This document shows positions 29,599 through 40,000 of a stretch of 64,000 bases of DNA, one piece after another. Below the pieces are notes generated by a model, which did no database searches, was not told the DNA's origin, and saw nothing but the letters and a program-made list of their open reading frames with translations. The position numbers and the translations under genes are program-made. The stretch lies in assembly GCA_000146465.1 (NCBI GenBank), contig CP001946.1. The stretch is one strand, 5' to 3'. Within the stretch, counting starts at the first letter, position 1; the number at the start of each line of letters is the position of its first letter.

Positions 29599-29859
29599 AT
29601 GAGTTTTCTCACAGAGGAAGAGAAAAGAAGAATGTTGATTATGCAGATAGAGAAAACAGCTGAAGAAATCAGAAAGGGACAAAAACTTGGCATTTCACCA
29701 AACTACACACATTTTTTTGGCTTGAGATCATCAGGGATGTACTCGAAAATCTCGGTAAAATCCAAGGAAGGAATTGTGTGGGCTTGGTTTTTAATTGTAA
29801 TGTTTTTGGTGTGCTCCACAGCCATACTGATTTTCATGAAAAAGTTTGATATCATCTAG
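29599..29859 (+). CDS. small tail-anchored membrane protein (Sec61-beta or SNARE-like; single C-terminal TM)
   Basis: 86 aa. The N-terminus is a charged helix and there is a C-terminal hydrophobic segment IVWAWFLIVMFLVCSTAILIF. Family assignment is uncertain. Confidence 0.35.
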   Translation: MSFLTEEEKRRMLIMQIEKTAEEIRKGQKLGISPNYTHFFGLRSSGMYSKISVKSKEGIVWAWFLIVMFLVCSTAILIFMKKFDII

Positions 29860-29896
29860 TGGAAAGCTGTTTATGAAAATTTTGCTATCCCTGAGA

Positions 29897-30460
29897 ATGG
29901 GAGCTGTTACAAAGAAGAGTAAGGAAAAGAAGCATGCAGAGCTTGAAAAGGTTGGAAAGTATGCAGAGGAATACCCCCTTGTTGCAGTGATTGAAAACCC
30001 AAGCATATCTAACGTCATACTCAAAAAGATTAGAGAGGACTTCAGTGGTGTATCCAGGATTCTGTTTGTGAGAAAGAAGATGGCAAGAGCGGTGTACAAC
30101 ATGCCTTCTATGCCAAAAGACTCCTTCTTCTTGATGTTTGGGGACACAGAAGCCATCGAAAGAGCCAAGACATACCAGTACGAGGATTTCCTCGAGAAAG
30201 GCGATGTTTGCCCTGCTCGGGTTGTCATAGAAAAGCAAGTGATAAGAAACAAAGAGATGATTGAGATTCTTCCTGTATCCATGAAGGACGAGCAAATGCA
30301 GTTGAAAGAGGACTATGTTGCTTGCGAGGCTGGAGAGGAGGTTGATGAGGTGAAGGCAAAGATCTTAAGGTTCTTTGGGAAGAGATTGAAAAAAAAGAAC
30401 CTGGTTGTATTCGATGTAACCCCATCCTCCAGTCTTCTAAAAAAAACCACAAACGATTAA
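29897..30460 (+). CDS. MRT4: mRNA turnover protein 4 homolog (Mrt4; uL10/P0-like ribosome assembly factor)
   Basis: MGAVTKKSKEKKHAELEK...EYPLVAVIENPSISNVILKKIR...SRILFVRKKMARAV matches Mrt4/P0 N-terminal domain conservation. The start is at the ATG at 29897. Confidence 0.65.
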   Translation: MGAVTKKSKEKKHAELEKVGKYAEEYPLVAVIENPSISNVILKKIREDFSGVSRILFVRKKMARAVYNMPSMPKDSFFLMFGDTEAIERAKTYQYEDFLEKGDVCPARVVIEKQVIRNKEMIEILPVSMKDEQMQLKEDYVACEAGEEVDEVKAKILRFFGKRLKKKNLVVFDVTPSSSLLKKTTND

Positions 30461-30465
30461 AAGAT

Positions 30466-32673
30466 TTATTGCATTCCATCTCCAAAGAAGGATCTTTCAA
30501 TTTCAAGCTCGACTTCCTTTTTTGGGATTTTTCCAAGGAGGTTCTGTCCTTTGACCTTGAAGTCACTTGCATAAAGAGAATTAAGAGGCTTTCCCTTGTA
30601 TCCCTGAAGAAAGGCCCGGACCAGACTTTGAGCTCTTCTTGTCTGCGACTTCAGTACGTCCTCCTTTAGGTTTATGCATGTCGATTGATCTATTCCCAAG
30701 GTCTCGCTGAAGGCTTTTGGCCCGTCCTCCTGCTTTATGCATAAAGTAAGAGATGACACAATCGAGGAGTGTGCATTCTCGAGGGCTCCTGAGTTGTATG
30801 ATACCATAAATAGATAAACAGCCCTGTATGTGTCAAATGGCCCGGTATGGATGTTGAATGTTTCAGACACCTTCTTTACGACTGTCGGATCATCTATTTG
30901 GAGAATTTCAACCAACTCGTTGATGTAAGGGCACAGTTTGTGCTCCCGGGAGGGGCCCGATGCGTGGGCAATCACATGGACCAAGGACTTCACACAGACA
31001 ATAAGATCTCCCGGATCCTCCGAGACCCCCCATTCATTTACAAGTCGGCCAATCTCCTTCTGAATAAATGGGCCTTGGTTTTCCAAATAGCCCAGGAGAT
31101 CTCTGTTAAAGCAAGAAGTATCTATAAGCGAATAGGTGTCCAAGTCAGAATAGATTCTTTGAAGTATCTCCTCAGGAACATCTCCCAACATCCTAAGGAT
31201 GGCAAAACATCTATCAAACGGGCCTTTCTCCAAAAACGTTCTGTAGTAGGAGCTTGAAAGCCCTCGGAACTTCTCAGGACTTCTTTTGAGATAGAAGAAA
31301 AATCTCATAAGCTCGTCATATGACCAGTTTCCTGTAAATTTCTCCTCCCGCCCAAGTCTTATAAAACATTCTACAATAACCTCGTTGGTGTAGGTCTTGT
31401 CAGATACATTGCATCTGCTCAGTATATGTTCAAGCTGCGGAGCAGAGAGAGGGAACAGCTCCAGAATCCTAATGACCAGTTTGCAAGGCTCTTTTTCGCT
31501 AAGGTCAAAATATTGGATATAGTCGACAGCAGAAAAGTCTTTTCTATAGATCGCCAGTGAGCAGCACAGAACAGGGTCACTGAATGTTAGATCTTGGGGA
31601 ACATTTGATGAATGCGAAGCCCCAAAAAGCTTCTTCAGGAAGTAAAGAGCCAGCTTTCTTCCAATGCAATCTCCATTGACACCTATAAAGCTTATCACAG
31701 ACCTTGGATAATTCCTGCAGATGGCGTTGAACAACCCAAACACTTCTCCTTCAATCTCTGTCCTTTGTCTTTCGTCGATGCTAATGTAGATCGAAACAAC
31801 CTCCGCTAGAACATCTCCAACTATTTCCTCCGATCCGTCCCGCCCAAAAAGCTTTGTCCAGAACTCAACAGATGCAGAAAAGGTGATCAAATCCTTCCGA
31901 AGGCCCTTAAAAACATACTCGTACATCTTCTTGACATTGCTTACTCGAGGCGCCTTGTCCTTCAGATTATTAAAACATATTATCATTCCATAGGAGATGT
32001 CCATCCTCGACGCAAGATCAATGACACTTTCTATATCAAGCATTTCCATCCCGTCATTGAGAAACTCGATAGTCTTTTCGGGAAATCCAGCCCCTCTTCT
32101 CAGTATTATGCTGCAGTCAAAGGTCCGAGGCATCATCTTAAGGGACTCCGTCAAAATCGGAATGATGTGCTCTGCCATCGAGTCATCAAACAAGGGCATG
32201 TATGCATTTGACATAACGCCACATCCTCTTTTCAGCTCGTCTTTTCTTTCTTCGTTAATCTCCTGGCTGTAGTTGCACAGGTAGAGAAAGTTTTCCAGAA
32301 TCTTATATCCCATTTCCTTCTTGTGGGAGAGAAGATCAATAATGATCGAGAAAAACTGGGGAAAAGTAGAAGGCCACTCATAAATCCCAAGAAGGGCAAA
32401 TACCTGTGCCGCCTTATCAGACTCGTTGCTTTGGACAAGGCCGGCCATAAAGCCCATCTCCTCTTCTAGAGAAATCCCTGCCATCTTCTTGCTTCTAACT
32501 CGCTGCTCAATAACCTTCAGAGCATAAAACTTGACCTCTGGAATTGCAGAGGCCATCAGCTCCTTGGCTGGAGCGAGATCTTCCGAGCTCACACATCTCT
32601 GTATTTCCCTTTCTATCTCTGGCATTGCCGATGGATCGTCTTTTAGCCTAACAAACAGGTCTTCTAGCCTCAT
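30466..32673 (-). CDS. karyopherin-beta family exportin (reduced, 735 aa; exportin-T/Los1-type candidate)
   Basis: The N-terminus has an importin-beta N-terminal-like region (EIQRCVSSEDLAPAKELMASAIPEVKFYALKVIEQRV), and the rest is a HEAT-like helical repeat protein. Subfamily not resolved. Confidence 0.4.
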   Translation of the reverse strand: MRLEDLFVRLKDDPSAMPEIEREIQRCVSSEDLAPAKELMASAIPEVKFYALKVIEQRVRSKKMAGISLEEEMGFMAGLVQSNESDKAAQVFALLGIYEWPSTFPQFFSIIIDLLSHKKEMGYKILENFLYLCNYSQEINEERKDELKRGCGVMSNAYMPLFDDSMAEHIIPILTESLKMMPRTFDCSIILRRGAGFPEKTIEFLNDGMEMLDIESVIDLASRMDISYGMIICFNNLKDKAPRVSNVKKMYEYVFKGLRKDLITFSASVEFWTKLFGRDGSEEIVGDVLAEVVSIYISIDERQRTEIEGEVFGLFNAICRNYPRSVISFIGVNGDCIGRKLALYFLKKLFGASHSSNVPQDLTFSDPVLCCSLAIYRKDFSAVDYIQYFDLSEKEPCKLVIRILELFPLSAPQLEHILSRCNVSDKTYTNEVIVECFIRLGREEKFTGNWSYDELMRFFFYLKRSPEKFRGLSSSYYRTFLEKGPFDRCFAILRMLGDVPEEILQRIYSDLDTYSLIDTSCFNRDLLGYLENQGPFIQKEIGRLVNEWGVSEDPGDLIVCVKSLVHVIAHASGPSREHKLCPYINELVEILQIDDPTVVKKVSETFNIHTGPFDTYRAVYLFMVSYNSGALENAHSSIVSSLTLCIKQEDGPKAFSETLGIDQSTCINLKEDVLKSQTRRAQSLVRAFLQGYKGKPLNSLYASDFKVKGQNLLGKIPKKEVELEIERSFFGDGMQ

Positions 32674-32893
32674 TTCTTGAGGAGGGCGACGGAATAGTAA
32701 ATTTTATCAATCACGGACAATCATTCCTCCAAAAGAGTTCTGTGCACCTTTCAGAGCCGTCATCCCTAATTGGAAAGTGCCGGGCGCCAAATGGACCTTC
32801 TCCGACAAAAACGTCATAGCTTCCAAATCCAGCTCACAAATCTATTGGACCATCTGAACAGAATGGTTTTAAGTGTTTTAGAGTGCTTCGCAA

Positions 32894-33253
32894 ATGAACA
32901 ACGACGTCCTATACGAGGTCATCAAGTATCTAGACTTTCCTGTGAGAGACAGAAAGGTGCAGGAAGCACAATTCAGCAGGATTAATTCCAGAAGAATGAT
33001 GAGATTTAATAGAAACCTAGTTGAGAAAAAGCTATCAGACCGCCCCCATATTAACGATTTAAAAACATCCAACATATATAAGGAGAGTGGAGTAAACTTC
33101 GCAAAAATACACAGGGTGCTGTCGGATGTCTTCGGCCGAAGAGGATCTCCTCCATTTCAGAACATATCTTCCACCTTGGCAGGACTTGTAAAGGTAATGG
33201 ACTTCAAGTTGAAGAAGATAATGCTGGCATCAAGAATAGGAGGGAAAAGGTAG
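32894..33253 (+). CDS. hypothetical protein (119 aa)
   Basis: A clean ATG-initiated ORF in a gap between divergent and convergent neighbours. Basic C-terminus. No recognisable motif. Confidence 0.3.
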   Translation: MNNDVLYEVIKYLDFPVRDRKVQEAQFSRINSRRMMRFNRNLVEKKLSDRPHINDLKTSNIYKESGVNFAKIHRVLSDVFGRRGSPPFQNISSTLAGLVKVMDFKLKKIMLASRIGGKR

Positions 33254-33301
33254 AGTTCCAAAGATTTATTAAAAGCTTTTATGTAAGCTAGCCACTGTCG
33301 G

Positions 33302-33586
33302 TTATTTTGTGAAAATGTTTCCAAAAAGCCCAAACAAGATTAACATTACCACCACGGCTGCAATAAGAAAGTATTTGAAGTTCTTCCAGAACAGCTTCTT
33401 TTTGGCTTCCTCTGCTGCAGCCTTATGCTCCTCGGTAGTCTTTTCCAGTGTGAAGGTTTCCGATCTTAAGTTTGTTTCGAGGTCTCCGAGATCTCTTTGG
33501 GCCTTTAACTGCTCCTTGAGAGCTCCCTGAAGGTCTTCTACTTCCTTTTCTATTTTTTGAGTAACTTCGTCCCCCATTCCAAACAA
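33302..33586 (-). CDS. synaptobrevin/VAMP-like R-SNARE (Snc-type)
   Basis: A coiled-coil SNARE-like helix followed by KKKLFWKNFKYFLIAAVVVMLILFGLF, which parallels VAMP [26 protein letters not shown]. Confidence 0.55.
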   Translation of the reverse strand: MFGMGDEVTQKIEKEVEDLQGALKEQLKAQRDLGDLETNLRSETFTLEKTTEEHKAAAEEAKKKLFWKNFKYFLIAAVVVMLILFGLFGNIFTK

Positions 33587-33702
33587 TCCTGTTGTTTAGT
33601 ATATTTTTCCTTAAAGCCCCTTTTGCTTCAATATAAATAAACCTGCGGCAAGACAAGAGCCTGGGCCTTCAAAGCACTCAATTAGTTAGTCTCCTTAACT
33701 CC

Positions 33703-34890
33703 TTACAGCTTATCAAAAATGCTTTCGATTGCTTGGTAGTTCAACTTTCCGGAAATCCTTTTGTCCAAACTTCTGAACGCCTCAACAATAGATCCAAACT
33801 CCTCGTTTTTTCTTCTTCTCTTCCCCTTTTTGACACTACTTTTCGTCCTCTTCTCTCGCTCTCTCATGAACTCTCCATACATCTCTTCCCAGACAATCTC
33901 CCTTCTCTTGGTCTCCTCAGGCGAAAGGATGTTCCTCTCGATCTCCTCGGAGTCAGAGAGAATTTCGCTGTCCACACTGCTCTGTGGTGTCGAATAAGGA
34001 ATCACCTCGCTACTTCCCGACTCACACTCCTGCTTCTTTGCCATCTCCATTCTCTTCATCTTAACTGCAGGCGGATCCTCCTCCTTCTCAATCCATGTTG
34101 CATTGAACTCCTCGATACTAAGGTTGGCACTCTCTGTATCTCCTATCTCCTTCAGCCTCTTGTTGATTGTACTCACAGAGACATGGACTATCTTTGCTAT
34201 CTCGTATATACTTCTCTCCTCTCCCACTATCCGAGATGCAATCAGGAGTGCTGCTCCGCACAAGTTGTTTGGCCTTCTTCCAACAACAATCCAGTCCCTC
34301 TTCATCCTGCTTATCAGCCTTAGGGAAAGCCCCAGCACCTCGGTGCTTTCAAACCGCAGCCGAGACACAAACCGTGGCATATACAGAGATGGATCGATCA
34401 ACGGAATGTCAATTCCAAGCATGTTTGTTATCTTCAGAAAACTCTTTCCTATCTTAAACACATCGATATGCAGTGCATTCGAAAAATCCATCAGCATGTG
34501 TGGTGTCCTCTCCTGTCTGCAGACAATGTATATGCAGGCACTCAGAGTGTACAAAATCGATTTCCCCTTGCTTAGATTGTACTGGAGAAGAAGCTTGTAC
34601 CACCTGAACGAGCATTCCACGTGGTCAACCCCAAGCCCCAGAGATGCACATATACCGCTTATTGTGTTTTTGATGTAGTAACTGGAATCAACAAATCCGG
34701 TCCCCACATTTCGGGAATCCATCCCGACAATCTGCCCGTTCAATGTGGCTTTCGGTCCCTCTGTGTTGAAGTTCAGAGATGCAACAATTGCGTTCTCCTC
34801 CTGAACCATACCACACACTGTGCAGTAGACAGCTCCTTGTGCTGTGTCTTCCGCAAAATCCCCAGAGGAACAATTAGAACATATACCCAT
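33703..34890 (-). CDS. BRF1: TFIIIB subunit Brf1 (TFIIB-related factor; Zn ribbon + cyclin repeats + C-terminal extension)
   Basis: N-terminal zinc ribbon CSNCSSGDFAED...CTVCGMV, TFIIB-like cyclin-fold repeats, and an acidic/basic C-terminal tail as in Brf1. Confidence 0.65.
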   Translation of the reverse strand: MGICSNCSSGDFAEDTAQGAVYCTVCGMVQEENAIVASLNFNTEGPKATLNGQIVGMDSRNVGTGFVDSSYYIKNTISGICASLGLGVDHVECSFRWYKLLLQYNLSKGKSILYTLSACIYIVCRQERTPHMLMDFSNALHIDVFKIGKSFLKITNMLGIDIPLIDPSLYMPRFVSRLRFESTEVLGLSLRLISRMKRDWIVVGRRPNNLCGAALLIASRIVGEERSIYEIAKIVHVSVSTINKRLKEIGDTESANLSIEEFNATWIEKEEDPPAVKMKRMEMAKKQECESGSSEVIPYSTPQSSVDSEILSDSEEIERNILSPEETKRREIVWEEMYGEFMREREKRTKSSVKKGKRRRKNEEFGSIVEAFRSLDKRISGKLNYQAIESIFDKL

Positions 34891-34973
34891 GGGCTACTCG
34901 AAAGAGAAGAACTAAAAATCTTGTCTTGCCCATATCAATTAAGAAGTACATTTAATACCGAAGATACAGTCTG

Positions 34974-35654
34974 TCACTCGTATTCTTTAAAGACATATAA
35001 GTTGCTCCACACACAGAAGTCCTTTACAAGTGCCCTGGGCTCCTTTAGAAACTCAACCTCTCTATGCTTCTTCTCCAAGATCTCGTTCAACTCCCCATCT
35101 CCAATCCTTATTCCCTTCCGAGCCTCTCCTCCAACAAGATCCACAGATTCAAGCTTATACTCTACCTCTCCCTTCTTGCTTTCCTTCTCCAAGCTCGACT
35201 TAACAAATTCTTTCGTAAACTCATCGAACATCACATCGTCCTCCACCACCTCCTTCTCAACCTCGTTCATATCGCTCAGGTTGCTTCCGTTTCTCATCAC
35301 CATCCTCAGCTGTGCATTCTTCGGAAGGACTCGAAGGATGTGAAGAATAGACTCTTCGCTTCCCATGCTGTATCTATCGTTCAAGTAGTTTTTCATCGTG
35401 ACCTGATACCTCAGAAACGACAAAAGCTCAGGAATTTGATACTCATACTCCTCATAAACCTCCTCCACAAGAATTCTGCACACTAGCTCGGGAACAATCT
35501 CTCTTCCATGTCTCTTTTTTATTCGACATCCCAGTTGCTCAATATAGTATCTCAAGATGTCTGTCAGAACATTTAGTGCTTGGTCTGCCGTCTTATCAAA
35601 TCCACTCTGTGACAGCACCTCCACAACTGCAAGCTTCAGTATCTTAGTACTCAT
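34974..35654 (-). CDS. TAF8: TFIID subunit TAF8-like (bromodomain-associated/BTP histone-fold domain)
   Basis: KILKLAVVEVLSQSGFDKTADQALNVLTDILRYYIEQLG matches the BTP/histone-fold domain of TAF8. The start is at the cat at 35652-35654 (MSTKIL); the track extends 17 codons further. Confidence 0.5.
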   Translation of the reverse strand: MSTKILKLAVVEVLSQSGFDKTADQALNVLTDILRYYIEQLGCRIKKRHGREIVPELVCRILVEEVYEEYEYQIPELLSFLRYQVTMKNYLNDRYSMGSEESILHILRVLPKNAQLRMVMRNGSNLSDMNEVEKEVVEDDVMFDEFTKEFVKSSLEKESKKGEVEYKLESVDLVGGEARKGIRIGDGELNEILEKKHREVEFLKEPRALVKDFCVWSNLYVFKEYE

Positions 35655-35780
35655 GTTTGATTTCATCTGAAATCCGAAGGAGTAATTTTTTATCCGACAA
35701 ATCATGTGTCTATTTACCCATCAATTAACCAAAACCTTGGCCATGGAAATCCAGTCATTTGCCCAACTATTTCTCTCCCC

Positions 35781-36503
35781 TTACTCTTCTCCCAGGCTCT
35801 TCTTCATGGCCTCAAGCTCTTTAAGTAGGACTTCAAGTTGTAACTCAAATCTCTTTTGAAGAATCGGATTCAATGCACTTTCCATCTGCTTTCTCTTCTC
35901 CTCAACACTTTTCTCTAGACGTTCAAGCTCCTGGTTCTTTGGCTTCTCTTCCTTTTCATGCTTGGTCTCGGCAAAGGGGATTTTGGACTCTTCCGAACGT
36001 GCTTCAGAATAATCCACCAGCTTTTTCTCGATCTCTGCAGCCAGCATGTCCAGGTCATCAGACGTCTCTTTCTCCTCCTTTGTGATGACCTCAACCAGCC
36101 GGGCCCTCATGTCCTTTTCTAGAAGCTCCCCAACTTTCTTTTCAATCTCCTCAACATACTCGATCTTGCTATTTTTCTTCCGGAATCTTCTTGCCTTCGC
36201 ATACTTCAGCGGTGGGCACAACCCACTCAGCTCATGAATCTCCCGCTCCCTCTCAAAGTCAAAATCTCCATGCGGGTATACAACCACAAGAGTGGATATG
36301 TCTGCCACCTTGTAGTGTTGTCTATTATCCATTGTCTTTTGTGATTCGACTATACATGGGAGTCTTACAATTATCCCCGGATACTTCTGTCCACCATACG
36401 ACAAGACAACAGACTTTTCATTGCAAACCTCCAGTGTCGAGTTCTTGAGATCAACCTCATTCTTTATCGATTCATGAAGTCGGAGAATAAACTGCTGCTC
36501 CAT
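35781..36503 (-). CDS. TAF7: TFIID subunit TAF7
   Basis: EQQFILRLHESI...GIIVRLPCIVESQKTMDNRQHYKVADISTLVV...KARRFRKK parallels TAF7 ENQFILRLP...[43 protein letters not shown]...RKRRFRK. The C-terminus is a coiled coil. Confidence 0.65.
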   Translation of the reverse strand: MEQQFILRLHESIKNEVDLKNSTLEVCNEKSVVLSYGGQKYPGIIVRLPCIVESQKTMDNRQHYKVADISTLVVVYPHGDFDFEREREIHELSGLCPPLKYAKARRFRKKNSKIEYVEEIEKKVGELLEKDMRARLVEVITKEEKETSDDLDMLAAEIEKKLVDYSEARSEESKIPFAETKHEKEEKPKNQELERLEKSVEEKRKQMESALNPILQKRFELQLEVLLKELEAMKKSLGEE

Positions 36504-36561
36504 CTTCCAGGGCCTTTATTTATGCCATTCGAAGAAGTTCCCACATCCATTGGGAGCCCCG

Positions 36562-36936
36562 ATGAGGTCTTATATGAAGGACGGCCTGAGAATAGGATTC
36601 ACCAAGGAGACTTCTACAGATCATATCGAGGCTCTACCTCTGGAGATAGCTAGGAAGTTTGAACTACTATCGGGAATCTGCGACAACAGGTCCATACAAG
36701 AGTTTCCTGCTGCGATAATTAAAGAGATAGTCGAAATGTGCAATGATTTAAGAGACCTCGCTCCTCACTATAACATGCCTGAGGAATATGTTGAGTATGT
36801 TAGAGAGAACAAGGATGTCCTGGGATACTTTGAGGAATCCGAGAACAATCTTAAAGGAGAGGAAATGAGGATAATCAACAAGAGAAGGATATTCGATGTC
36901 TTTAGGAGTATGATGGAGAAAATGGAGGAGATGTAG
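36562..36936 (+). CDS. hypothetical protein (124 aa) between TAF7 and the Tra1-like gene
   Basis: The first ATG is at 36562; the track starts at an upstream TTG. Acidic and helical. No recognised motif. Confidence 0.3.
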   Translation: MRSYMKDGLRIGFTKETSTDHIEALPLEIARKFELLSGICDNRSIQEFPAAIIKEIVEMCNDLRDLAPHYNMPEEYVEYVRENKDVLGYFEESENNLKGEEMRIINKRRIFDVFRSMMEKMEEM

Positions 36937-37072
36937 AGTGTTTGATTCTGATGAAAGGCTTCCCGAGGTTATGGTTACAAATAAATCTTTTTATTACATG
37001 ATAACTGGGAGGAATTCTGTGTTTCCTCTGTAGACAATTTTTTCAGAGAAGAAAGAAAAAAAGGAAAAACCC

Positions 37073-40000
37073 ATGATGAAGGACCTTTTTGTAGGTAGTG
37101 AACCAAGCGAGGTGAAGGCCAACCGGCTCAAGAAGTACATGGAAAGCGGAAGATTCCTTGAAACTCTTTTTTTCCCACATGAGTTTTTGGAGTCACTAGT
37201 TTTATTTGCTATTCAGATACTCAACAGTACGGAACCTGAGAAAAAATCGTCATTTGTGTCTGGAGGGAATGAATCTCGCTACATTGTCCTCAGGCTTTTG
37301 AACAAGTTTTCGCTGAAAAGGATTAGGAATACAGGATTAGTGCATGCACTCCATTGTGTGCTTAGAAATGACAATCTCCCAAACGTGATTTTGTCACTGA
37401 AGGCATTAGGTTCTCTGAGCAGATCGGGGGTCATTGCAGGAGATCTGGTGGAGGTGCATGTTGGAGTCCTTCTTGGGATGGTTCACAACCTCTTTACAAA
37501 CCTGGAAAGTGGAGAAGAAGGGCTCATTGAGATATCGCTATTTACTCTTACAGAGATGCTGACCCATGCCAGGGTTTTTTTCCGTGGGTTGGAGTACCAT
37601 GCTGTGAAGATTGATCAATTTTTGGCCTGTGTGTATGGAAACATCAGAAGAGCTTTTGAAAACCGGAGATTCATGGATGGGATGATGCATAAAAGGACGT
37701 CTTCAATAAGCATGTGTTCTGGAATCTGTAGTCTCCTCAAGCTGACATATGAGCAGCTTCCTATTGTGTCGAAGTCAGGGCCTTATCATGTGTTTGCTTG
37801 TGAGGCAGCATTTGTTGGGATGTATTACTGTCCCTCCGATCTCCTGGACCTTAGGAAGGAGATCTACATGCTGTTTAGCAAGATGTGTATAGGAGACAAA
37901 GAGATGGTTCTTCCTATGATGGACAAAGTGTATATGGTTCCATTTCTTTTTTCTCCAGATGCACAGCCAATGAGCGTCAAGGGGATTGGAATGCTCTCTG
38001 AAATGCTCGTGCATGTTAAGGAGAACCTTAGCAAGGCAGCATACATGGAGTTTGGGTCGAAGGTATTCAATGTGCTTTTTTCAACCTGTTCTTCAATAAG
38101 GAGGCTATGCAAGGAAGTTCATGAGGGAGGAGAAGAAAGACAGAAATATCGGAGGAATGCAAGCGATATAATTAGCCAGGATATTGAAAGTCTCATAGTA
38201 TGTCTAGGGGCGGTAGAGAACACATGCAAATGCTTTGGAGGCAGGACAGGAGATTCCGAAGAACTCAGCCACATTTATCTCAAGAGCTTTTACGATATAA
38301 GGAATGGATTTGAAGGAATCCAGGGATTAGTAAGACTGGGATGCGCAGGCAAGGAGGAGGAGTTGAAGAAGGTTGTAAAGAAATTTGTCTCTGGATTTCG
38401 AGAAGTGATTGGAAGAGCGGGAATCCTTGAAAAGTCTGGAAATGGGATTGTCTTTTCTGTACCCGAGATCAATATCCTGTATGAGATATTTGAGAGGTCT
38501 TTTGATGTATTTTTGCATGAGTGCCTGTGCCAAGAGCAGGACATTGAAGAGTTTTTCTCTGTGCTGTCTCTTGTTAGAGAGCACATTGGAAGCGATATAG
38601 TCAAATGCCTTTCAGAAAGAATTGTGGAGTACAGCAAGAAAAACGGGGAGTTCTTTGGGATATGGAGATTGATGAGCAGCTCTGTAATTTTGGGAAACAC
38701 ATTCTGTGGATATGTACTTCCACGAATGATCGAGGAGCTCGATAGAGAGGGATTTGAATTTGTCAAGAGGGCAATGAGATATATTGTTCCGTTTTTTGGA
38801 AACGATATAAAGAAGATAAAGCGAGTCAATACATTCTTCATGCACAGGATAATATCAACTCTGTTGGCAGCCAAGAGGATGGAAAACTTCGAAATTTTGC
38901 TGGAGATCTTCAACATGTTTGGATCGATGCCTGAGAAGAGCAGCTTTTTCCAGAAATACATCTTCGACAACTTCTCAAGGATAGTTTCTCATCTTATGAA
39001 TCTTTATGAAGTTGAGGGAAAGAGCATATTTATAGAAATGATATTTTCCTTGCCAATAAGTATCAACCTACTTGAATCAGATATCCAATTTCTCATGAGA
39101 CCTATTGAAGAGGCCTTAATGCTTCATGGGCCAGTAAGAACCAAGGCGCTGTCTATTCTTGTGTATGTTCTTGACTTTTCAACACCAGATAAGATTTCGG
39201 GTCTTGAGAAGACATGGCAAAACATTTTAAATAACGTAGCAGAGGGCTTGAAGGATAGCACAATGCTGTCGTTGTGTTCGAGAATACTGGGGAAGCTCAA
39301 GAGCTATCACAAGACGTTTGTAGTAGATGGGAAGATGTTTGAAGAGACAAACGAAGATTTAAAACTTATTAGGATAGTGGTGGATGGAAAGCATGCAGTT
39401 CCTGGGCATCTCTTGTTTTTCGATGCAGTGCAGAAGATAAGGGGGGCCTTTGAGCTGTCTGAAAAGAGCTTTGGGCCTTCTGGTGTTCTCACCAGGTTCA
39501 GGAGTCTAGGGCCCCGATGTGGAGATGGAGAAGCCAAAGGCGCAGCATTCAGACTAGTGGAGAAGGTGGTGTGCCATCTGATGGGATGGAACTCCTCTGG
39601 AAAGAACTTGATTCAGAATTATTACGAGTCTCTTCTGGAGGAGATGGAAGAGATAGGAAGCATTCCAGACACATTGGATTACATACACTCGGTTCATGGG
39701 GTTATCTCTTCGTTAGGCGGGAGGAAATGCTCGGACAGTCGGCATTTGGCCCAGTATGTCTACGATGCAATCCTCACGCTCTTCAGTTGCCATGGAACCC
39801 CTTTTGAAAAGAAAGCTCTGGAACTCCTTCATTCTATTTTTGGAGTCGTGATACTCCACAAGATATCTACTCTTCACAGGCCCAAGGGGAAGAGATACAC
39901 GATTCTTCTTGACACAGACACATTCCTTGATGCACTTGTAGAGTCGTTTTGCGATACCGAGAACTCGATGCCTTTCAAGGTACTCTCTGTAATGTTTGTC

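Noticed and set aside
33733-35343. Series of 190-240-aa plus-strand ORFs (33733-34323, 34103-34678, 34621-35343) across the BRF1 and TAF8 loci
   Set aside because: All are antisense to the BRF1 and TAF8 coding sequences. They are Ser/Leu-rich with no motifs, and their number and overlap argue for chance open frames.
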